A stretch of 64,000 bases of DNA from contig JACRPZ010000005.1 of the NCBI GenBank assembly GCA_016222905.1, positions 142 through 64,141 of the forward strand, given 5' to 3'. The DNA is from Nitrospirota bacterium (GTDB lineage: Bacteria; Nitrospirota; Thermodesulfovibrionia; UBA6902). Below the pieces are notes generated by a model. That model did not search any database, had not been told where the DNA came from, and was given only the letters and a program-made list of their open reading frames with translations. The stretch's first letter is position 1. The number at the start of each line of letters is the position of its first letter. Shown here in pieces: positions 57,299 to 64,000 of this stretch. The position numbers and the translations under genes are program-made.

Positions 57299-57361
57299 AA
57301 GAGAAGATGCAACCTTCATGGATTCTGAGAGGCAGTGAAAGAGATAACAGTTGAGGAGTAA
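57299..57361 (+). pseudogene. Remnant C-terminus of superoxide reductase
   Basis: KRRCNLHGF*EAVKEITVEE*; CNLHG-x-W motif with W replaced by TGA. Confidence 0.55.
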
Positions 57362-57369
57362 ATAATATC

Positions 57370-57418
57370 TTCATAAGGCATAACATGAGCTGGAAAGCTT
57401 TATGTTATGCCTTATGAA
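57370..57418. other. Perfect 17-bp inverted repeat upstream of fprA
   Basis: TTCATAAGGCATAACAT-15nt-ATGTTATGCCTTATGAA. Confidence 0.7.
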
Positions 57419-57442
57419 AAAATGGCATTTTAAGGAGGAAGT

Positions 57443-58660
57443 GTGAAGGCTGTTGAGATAAAACCTGATATCTACTGGACAGGAGCGGTTGATTGGGCTG
57501 TAAGGGACTTTCACGGTTATGTGACCCCGCGGGGAACGACGTATAACAACTATCTTATAAAAGATGATAAGATCACGCTTATTGATACTGTCAAACATGA
57601 CTTCTCAAGCATCACCATAGATAATATCAAGAGCGTTGTTGACCCTTCAAAAATAGTTAATATTGTGATAAATCACATAGAGCCTGACCATGCCAGTTCT
57701 TTAGGCGAGATAATGAAACTTGTGCCCGATGCAGATATTTATATCACAGGGAAAGGCAAGATCGGCCTTGACAGGCATTTTGATACCTCTAAGTGGAAGA
57801 TGAATATTGTTAAGAGCGGTGATACTATAAATACCGGCAAATATAATCTTCTCTTTCTTGAAACCCCCATGCTCCATTGGCCTGACTCGATGATGACCTA
57901 TGTAAAGGAGGCAAAGCTGTTAATCAGCCAGGACGCATTTGGACAGCATATCGCCTCATCATCAAGGTTTGATGATGACTTCACATCATGCGCCTCAGCA
58001 TCAGAACTTGAAGACGCGGTAGTTGAATACTATGCAAATATCCTGATGCCGTTTGGAGCATTAATAAAGAGCAAGATTGCCGAGATAGAGAAACTCGGGC
58101 TTGATATTGATATGATCGCGCCCGACCACGGTATTATATGGAGAAGAGAGCCTCAAAAGGTCTTAAAGATGTACCTTGATATGGCTGAAGGTAAAGCTGA
58201 TCCGAACATCGTGATAATTTACGATACGATGTGGCACAGCACAGGAAAGATGACTTTACCGATCTCACAGGGCATACAGGATGAGGGAATTGACTGCAAG
58301 GTAATAAAACTGCGCGCAACTCCGATGAGCATCGCCATTAAAGAGTTCTGGAAATCAAGAGGAGCTCTTATAGGCAGTCCTACCCTGAATAATCTTTTGT
58401 ATCCATCCGTAGCAGAGTTTCTGACACATCTCAGGGGCCTGCGCCCAAAGAATAGAATTACAGGGGCTTTCGGGAGTTACGGATGGGGAGGTGGGGCAGT
58501 AAAGAACGCTTACGAGGAATTTAAAAGCATGAAGTTAGAGACGGTTGAACCCGGACTTCAAGTACATTACAAGCCTGATCTTAATGACGAGACCAAATGC
58601 TATGAATTCGGCAGGAATTTTGCTAAAAAGGTCAAGGAATACCATCAACAGTTTGAATAA
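57443..58660 (+). CDS. fprA: Flavodiiron protein (FprA/ROO)
   Basis: HIEPDH, HWPDSM, DAFGQH, PDHG, flavodoxin GSYGW; GTG start after AAGGAGG. Confidence 0.95.
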   Translation: MKAVEIKPDIYWTGAVDWAVRDFHGYVTPRGTTYNNYLIKDDKITLIDTVKHDFSSITIDNIKSVVDPSKIVNIVINHIEPDHASSLGEIMKLVPDADIYITGKGKIGLDRHFDTSKWKMNIVKSGDTINTGKYNLLFLETPMLHWPDSMMTYVKEAKLLISQDAFGQHIASSSRFDDDFTSCASASELEDAVVEYYANILMPFGALIKSKIAEIEKLGLDIDMIAPDHGIIWRREPQKVLKMYLDMAEGKADPNIVIIYDTMWHSTGKMTLPISQGIQDEGIDCKVIKLRATPMSIAIKEFWKSRGALIGSPTLNNLLYPSVAEFLTHLRGLRPKNRITGAFGSYGWGGGAVKNAYEEFKSMKLETVEPGLQVHYKPDLNDETKCYEFGRNFAKKVKEYHQQFE

Positions 58661-58711
58661 GAACATTTCATAAAAAAATTTTTTGCGGCAGATAGAATAC
58701 AGGAGGTAATT

Positions 58712-58843
58712 ATGTGGCGATGTACTATATGCGGTTATGAATATGATGAGGCAAAGGAAGGCATAAAATTTGAAGATCTTCCTGATGATTGGAAATGCCC
58801 TGTATGCGGCGCTCCAAAAGAATCATTTGAAAAAGTAGTATAA
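58712..58843 (+). CDS. Rubredoxin (43 aa, not in the ORF track)
   Basis: [43 protein letters not shown]; AGGAGG RBS. Confidence 0.95.
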   Translation: MWRCTICGYEYDEAKEGIKFEDLPDDWKCPVCGAPKESFEKVV

Positions 58844-59055
58844 TGCGCAAAGGAATTACTGAGAAAGATGTCATGGAAATTCTGGAAAGCATAAAAAGCC
58901 AAGTGAACGCACACGATGGTTTTATAGAGTTAGGGGAGATAAAGGATAATAAAGTGGTGATACACTGCGGGGGCGAGTGTGCTCCTTGTGATAATAAATG
59001 TATTGAAGAAGCGCTCAAACATAAGATTCCTGATATTGAGGTAATATTCCGGTAA
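58843..59055 (+). CDS. NifU C-terminal-like (Nfu) protein
   Basis: AHDGFIEL...GECAPC; coupled to rubredoxin by TAATG. Confidence 0.75.
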   Translation: MRKGITEKDVMEILESIKSQVNAHDGFIELGEIKDNKVVIHCGGECAPCDNKCIEEALKHKIPDIEVIFR

Positions 59056-59141
59056 AGTGTCTGCCATGCGGACACGAATCAAAATATTTTATAGTAAAAT
59101 ATGAAGAATATTAATATAGCTACTTGAAAAAGGAGGAAACT

Positions 59142-59267
59142 ATGGCGGTCAAAGATGTTGGAGAAAACTATAAATGCAATATCTGCGGAAATGAAGTAAC
59201 TGTCACAAAAGCCGGTGGAGGCACTCTGGTCTGCTGCGGTCAGGATATGGAGTTGATTTCAAAATAA
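59142..59267 (+). CDS. Stand-alone desulforedoxin (41 aa, not in the ORF track)
   Basis: [27 protein letters not shown]; AGGAGG RBS. Confidence 0.92.
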   Translation: MAVKDVGENYKCNICGNEVTVTKAGGGTLVCCGQDMELISK

Positions 59268-59345
59268 ATTTAATCAATCGTCAAGCCTGTCCGTCAAGCA
59301 AACTTGACAGTAGGATGCAGTGTTATTTCCCAATTGGGTGGGGAA

Positions 59346-60044
59346 TCAGTGTTTTATGCTTGTGTTCTCAATAATGACCGCATATTTATAACCGCCGCCG
59401 AAATCCTTGTTGTTGTATAAAGTGCCGCTTGCGGTCACCACATCCCCGACTGATGGAAGGTCATTGCTGGTCATCACAAGGTCATTACTCCCTGTTTTTG
59501 CATCACCACTGCCATCCTGAATGTGGATCCAGTTCTTTTTCATGACACCGGCAGAAACCTTAACCACCGTCCCTTTTACTATGACTTTTTTATTTTCGAG
59601 CTTATTCCCGTTCTTGTATATTTCCGCGACCGTATATGCGTTCGTACCAGAAGCTTTCTCCACTTTTACCTTCTCAGTTGCAGTAACAGCGTTCTTTTGG
59701 CTGACAATGGATTTCGTCTCGCTTCCCTTGCCAGTCTGCTCAACAACACCGCCTGAAAAAATTATCCTGTCAAATGTGCGATTCATGGTCTTGCTCTTAA
59801 AATCCTGCATCTCTGCCCCGGGAGCAAAAGATATACTTTGCCCCTTGACCACCTTTGTTGACGGCACCGCCACCCAAGTCTTCTTACCGCTATTTTCGAT
59901 CTGAACATAGGTATATCCACCGCTGTCCATAGTTTCAATCACCTTACCCGTCAGAGCATCCTCTGCAAAAGATGAAAGGACACCGCCAGGTACCAATAAT
60001 GCAAGCGCCAGAAAGATCAACGTTATTCTCAGAAAAGTTTTCAT
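59346..60044 (-). CDS. Exported protein with two OB-fold-like domains
   Basis: AAGGAG RBS before ATG 60044; signal peptide; GGYTY..WVA, KNWIHIQDG, KDFGGGY. Confidence 0.8.
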   Translation of the reverse strand: MKTFLRITLIFLALALLVPGGVLSSFAEDALTGKVIETMDSGGYTYVQIENSGKKTWVAVPSTKVVKGQSISFAPGAEMQDFKSKTMNRTFDRIIFSGGVVEQTGKGSETKSIVSQKNAVTATEKVKVEKASGTNAYTVAEIYKNGNKLENKKVIVKGTVVKVSAGVMKKNWIHIQDGSGDAKTGSNDLVMTSNDLPSVGDVVTASGTLYNNKDFGGGYKYAVIIENTSIKH

Positions 60045-60203
60045 TATAAAGCTCCTTTTAATTGTAATAGATTTTACCTTGGTCTCCGAATGAAAACTAT
60101 AAGGTGGTTTATTATAACTTTTTTTAAAGGAATAAAGTAGAAGCACAGAATCAGATTGTTTCTTGCAAAACCTGCCATAATTTCTGCTTGTGCATTCCAG
60201 TTA

Positions 60204-60232
60204 TTGACATAGTTACTTGGCATGCGTAAACT
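60204..60232 (+). promoter_or_regulatory. Sigma-70 promoter for the RRM gene
   Basis: TTGACA-17nt-TAAACT. Confidence 0.6.
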
Positions 60233-60464
60233 AAACATGCATAATGCGCGGCTTTAATGCAGAAAAAGTTTGACCAGAACAGTAGATGAAGAGATTTATG
60301 AAGGTCTTCATAAGAGCATATGTCCTCATAAAATCAGTACATTTGTTGAGGAATTAGTTCGCCCAAATAACATCCAACTTGATATTTACTGACGGAACAC
60401 TAATAGTCAAATCCATCGGATGCGGTGAGAATACGCCGTTTAATAATTCAACAAAGGAGGAAGT

Positions 60465-60872
60465 ATGCAAAAGAACAAGCTTTACGTAGGAAACTTATCT
60501 TATTCAGTGGACGAGTCACAATTGAAGGATTTATTTACTTCATATGGTGAAATCAATGAGGTAACACTGATAAAAGATAGGGATACCGGAAGATCAAAAG
60601 GGTTTGCTTTTATTACTTTTGCCACCACCGAAGCAGCGGAAAAAGCCCTGGAGCAGGACGGCAAGGAGCATGATGGCAGACCTTTAAAAGTAAATGCAGC
60701 CCAGGAAAAAGAACGAAGTGACCGTGGCGGCAGAAGCGGTGGTTTTGGCGGAGATAAACCGGGAAGCAAACGCGGTGGTTTTGGCGGCGGTAAACCGGGA
60801 AGCAAACGTGGTGGTTTTGGCGGGGGCGGTGGCAAACGCGGTGATCGTAGTAATGATCGTAATCGGTGGTAA
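60465..60872 (+). CDS. RRM RNA-binding protein with Gly-rich tail
   Basis: RNP2 LYVGNL, RNP1 KGFAFI; 36-nt tandem repeats encoding GGFGG.KPGSKR. Confidence 0.95.
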   Translation: MQKNKLYVGNLSYSVDESQLKDLFTSYGEINEVTLIKDRDTGRSKGFAFITFATTEAAEKALEQDGKEHDGRPLKVNAAQEKERSDRGGRSGGFGGDKPGSKRGGFGGGKPGSKRGGFGGGGGKRGDRSNDRNRW

Positions 60873-60945
60873 CAGCGGGAAATATTTTATGATGTGAACG
60901 TGCTGTTTACCATTATTCAATATTTTACTGAAGGCTCTATAGCTG

Positions 60946-61797
60946 TCAATAAAACTCTTGCAGAATATGTGCGGCCTTTAATTTATCAAAAGGCTGTTTC
61001 ACTAATGGATTATCCTTAATGACAGGAATCCTCTCCTCAAAAATCGGGCGATGGTTTTTATAAATAATGCCTATGGGAATTTTATCTCCCCATTCAAGCG
61101 CCTTCTTGAACGCTTCTATTTTATCCTCAGGATTATATTCAGGTTCTATGTGGTAGACCCTTTGTCTATACCAATCATACGTATTGATTTTATTGAAAGT
61201 AATACACGGCTGAAGAATATCAAGAAGGGAAAAACCCTTATGGCTTATCGCCTCTTTTATCAAAGCTTTCAGATGAATTATGTCGCCCGCATAACCTCTG
61301 GCTGCAAAACTGCAATCAAGCGCAACTGCCAAAGCCATTGGGTTAAGCTGTTCTGAAAAAACACCGAACGGCTGGTTCTTTGTTGTCATGCCTTCCGTGC
61401 TTGTCGGTGAAGCCTGGCCTTTTGTAAGCCCGTATATCTGATTGTCATGAACAAAGAGTTTTACGTTTATGTTTCTTCTCATCGCATGAATCAGATGATT
61501 TCCGCCTTCACCGTAACAGTCGCCGTCTCCCGCAACAGCGGCAACAAGCATATTATGATTGGAAAGCCTTATCCCTGTTGCAACAGGAAGGGTTCTTCCA
61601 TGCAGACCATTAAATGTATTGCATTTCAGGTAATGCGGGAATTTCCCTGCCTGCCCTATTCCGGAGACTATCGTGAACTGATGCGGCTCTATCCCAAGTT
61701 CAACAATCGCAGACTTGAACGCATTAAGAATACCGAAGTTACCGCAGCCTGTACACCATGCAGGTGTCTGTCCTTTATAATCTTCCAATGAGGGCAT
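60946..61797 (-). CDS. korB: 2-oxoacid:ferredoxin oxidoreductase beta subunit
   Basis: WCTGCG, SGIG, GDGD, YGLTKGQ.SPT. Confidence 0.92.
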   Translation of the reverse strand: MPSLEDYKGQTPAWCTGCGNFGILNAFKSAIVELGIEPHQFTIVSGIGQAGKFPHYLKCNTFNGLHGRTLPVATGIRLSNHNMLVAAVAGDGDCYGEGGNHLIHAMRRNINVKLFVHDNQIYGLTKGQASPTSTEGMTTKNQPFGVFSEQLNPMALAVALDCSFAARGYAGDIIHLKALIKEAISHKGFSLLDILQPCITFNKINTYDWYRQRVYHIEPEYNPEDKIEAFKKALEWGDKIPIGIIYKNHRPIFEERIPVIKDNPLVKQPFDKLKAAHILQEFY

Positions 61798-63499
61798 TTA
61801 TTTCTCCTGTTAGTTCTTCCAATAAAAACGGTCTTCCATCAAATCTGTTAATCTGTGCCTTGAACTCAAAACCTGTTTCCGTCCTCATGAGCCTTGCAAA
61901 CTGTCCTGTTGCATTGTTTTCTATACAGACAGCCAGTTTTGCATTACCCAATAATTTCAGATAATCAAACTTGTCCGTTGACGGAAACGGATAGATCTCG
62001 CTGAAATGAAGCATCGCTATCTTCTTATTAGCAGAAAGCATATCAACAGCCTCCTTCATAACTCCATAATTTGAACCCCATCCGACGATCACTATTTCAG
62101 GAACAGGATCACCGTAAAGAACAGGTGGTTCAATCTCCTGTTTTATCAAAGGTAATTTCCTGAGCAGCCTCTTATTTACCATCTTGATCCTTGTCTCCGC
62201 ATCTTCAACAATATGCCCTTCTTCGTCATGCTCATCGCTGTCAGTCACAACAAGATGCCTTGAATATCCGGGCACGCCGAGCGGAGAAACACCGTTTTCA
62301 GTAAAGGCATGTCTTTTGTATTCAGGAAGGTTATGAAACGCATCTCCCCTGAGCCTGTAATCATCGTATTTAATTTTTTCGATATCAAATCCCTCATAAG
62401 TCCATTCTGAATCCGCAAGATAAGTGTCAAAGATTACAATGGCCGGAATCTGATATTTTTCCGCAAGATCAAAAGCCTTGTTGGTAAGATAAAATGCCTG
62501 CTCAGGAGTTCCCGGGGCAAATATTACCCTCGGGAATTCGCCGTGGGCTGTGTACAGCGCAAAGTTAAGATCGCCCTGCTCTGTCCTTGTGGGTAATCCC
62601 GTTGCAGGGGCAGGCCTCTGTCCAAGCGCAATAACAACAGGCGTCTCTGTCATCCCTGCAAGAGAAAGACCTTCGACCATCAGGGCAAAACCGCCTCCCG
62701 CGGTCCCTGTCATTGCGCGCACACCGGCAAAAGATGCTCCGAGAGCCATATTAATTGCGGCTATTTCATCTTCAGCCTGTTCTACTATTATTCCATATTC
62801 CTTCCCCTTGCCCGCAATATAGTTCATAATGCCCGTTGACGGCGTCATTGGATAAGCCGAATAGAACTTGCAGCCGGATGCGATTGCGCCAAGGCCGATA
62901 GCATCAACCCCTGATATCAGCATCTTCGGTTTTGACGGTTGCGCTAAAGAAAATGAGCATTTAGTGCAGTTCTTAACAGCGAAATCATGACCTGTTACTG
63001 CGGCATTTATATTGCCTTCCATCACCTTCCCGCCTTTCTTCTGGAAGGCCTCATTTAAAATACCCTTAAGAATATCTACATCCATTCCCAATAAACCAAG
63101 CACCGCTCCGGTGGCAACGGTATTGGACATTATCTTCTCTCCGCCGTGCTCTTCAGCAAGTTTTGAGAACGGCACATCGAGAAAAGAAGGTTCATCGTGT
63201 TTCTGCTTTAATGAAGATGAATCGTAAATGATCAGCCCGCTCCCAGAAAGTTCATTCTTGTGAAGAGCTATGCTTTCATGATCAAGGGCCACCAAGATAT
63301 CAATCTTCTCTCTTGATGCGGTAACGGGATTCTCAGATACTCTTATCTGGAAAAAGTTATGTCCGCCTCTTATGCGGGATTCATAATCCTGATGGGTAAA
63401 GACGTGATAGCCGGTCCTTGCAAAGACCTTTGCAAGAGTATCTCCTATAGTCTGTATGCCCTGCCCTGCTTCACCGCCTATTTTAATCGTATAGTCCAT
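61775..63499 (-). CDS. korA: 2-oxoacid:ferredoxin oxidoreductase alpha (gamma-alpha fusion) subunit
   Basis: GGEAGQG, YPMTP, QAEDEIA, TGLPT.TEQGDL. Confidence 0.92.
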   Translation of the reverse strand: MDYTIKIGGEAGQGIQTIGDTLAKVFARTGYHVFTHQDYESRIRGGHNFFQIRVSENPVTASREKIDILVALDHESIALHKNELSGSGLIIYDSSSLKQKHDEPSFLDVPFSKLAEEHGGEKIMSNTVATGAVLGLLGMDVDILKGILNEAFQKKGGKVMEGNINAAVTGHDFAVKNCTKCSFSLAQPSKPKMLISGVDAIGLGAIASGCKFYSAYPMTPSTGIMNYIAGKGKEYGIIVEQAEDEIAAINMALGASFAGVRAMTGTAGGGFALMVEGLSLAGMTETPVVIALGQRPAPATGLPTRTEQGDLNFALYTAHGEFPRVIFAPGTPEQAFYLTNKAFDLAEKYQIPAIVIFDTYLADSEWTYEGFDIEKIKYDDYRLRGDAFHNLPEYKRHAFTENGVSPLGVPGYSRHLVVTDSDEHDEEGHIVEDAETRIKMVNKRLLRKLPLIKQEIEPPVLYGDPVPEIVIVGWGSNYGVMKEAVDMLSANKKIAMLHFSEIYPFPSTDKFDYLKLLGNAKLAVCIENNATGQFARLMRTETGFEFKAQINRFDGRPFLLEELTGEINALIGRL

Positions 63500-63511
63500 T
63501 ATGATATTAAA

Positions 63512-64000
63512 TCAATTTTTAAATTTAATCTCAATAAAATTCTCTAAACCAACGGGATCAGCGATCGGTTCAAAACAGGTATTGCCGATGCACGGGATGA
63601 TACACCTGTTATCGTCCCCAAATACAATTGATTTATAAGGCCGAAAAACTGATAATGCAGACTTTGCCAATTCGCTGTCAGGAAGTGTCTGTATCGTAAG
63701 CTTAAGCATGTTAAAGCTTGCATCAAGAGCTATGAAATAATAAGCTGAGTGAATGCCCAGCTCCTGTGCCTTTACTGAAAAGTATTTCAATGACGAGTCA
63801 GCATAGCTCTTATATTTTTCATCTTCGGTTATATGATACAGCTTCATTAACAGGATTACCGCTATCGAATTAGAGGAAGGGTGAGGCATATCTTCGATGC
63901 CTTTTATTCGTATATCGAGCAGGCTGTCCGCGGAATCAAAGAATCCGCCATTTTCGCTGTCCCATAAACGGTCAATGCAAACATTCATGATCTCTTCAGC
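63512..64000 (-). CDS. C-terminal part of YyaL/Ssp411-like thioredoxin-domain protein (truncated by window edge)
   Basis: LWD...GGFFD, D..HPSSNS, C.G.TC..P motifs. Confidence 0.8.
   Translation of the reverse strand, partial: AEEIMNVCIDRLWDSENGGFFDSADSLLDIRIKGIEDMPHPSSNSIAVILLMKLYHITEDEKYKSYADSSLKYFSVKAQELGIHSAYYFIALDASFNMLKLTIQTLPDSELAKSALSVFRPYKSIVFGDDNRCIIPCIGNTCFEPIADPVGLENFIEIKFKN

Noticed and set aside
57326-57328. TGA in the SOR stub as selenocysteine
   Set aside because: Aligns with Trp rather than Cys and the ORF has no start; treated as a nonsense mutation
60163-60178. Sigma-54-like TGGCAGGTTTTGCA on the minus strand (and TGGCA sites near 8200)
   Set aside because: GG-GC spacing is not 10 nt

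Overview
64-kb bacterial chromosomal window. Gene content (thiC/E/G/S, bioB/W, korAB, flavodiiron/rubredoxin, split atpB-atpE, two-CW and PilZ-like proteins, CCCCT-rich REP-like repeats) suggests an anaerobic Nitrospirota/Thermodesulfovibrionia-like or deltaproteobacterial organism (inference only). It is mostly housekeeping, transport and stress genes plus several small accessory islets. Main observations: (1) an uncalled 40-codon ORF (11892-12014, minus) with two in-frame TGA codons in a CxxUxxU motif, followed by an fdhF-like SECIS hairpin and a radical SAM/SPASM maturase, i.e. a candidate selenocysteine-containing RiPP system; (2) a four-gene SNF2 + MTase + single-TRD + nuclease-MTase cassette lying between remnants of a type I R-M hsdR start and hsdS end, a candidate new defence system; (3) tRNA-Ile, tRNA-Ala and 5S rRNA with no 16S/23S; (4) a HydG-type enzyme in the ThiH position of a TPP-riboswitch operon; (5) an ATT-initiated hflX. 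All calls are from reading motifs by eye; no database searches were run.
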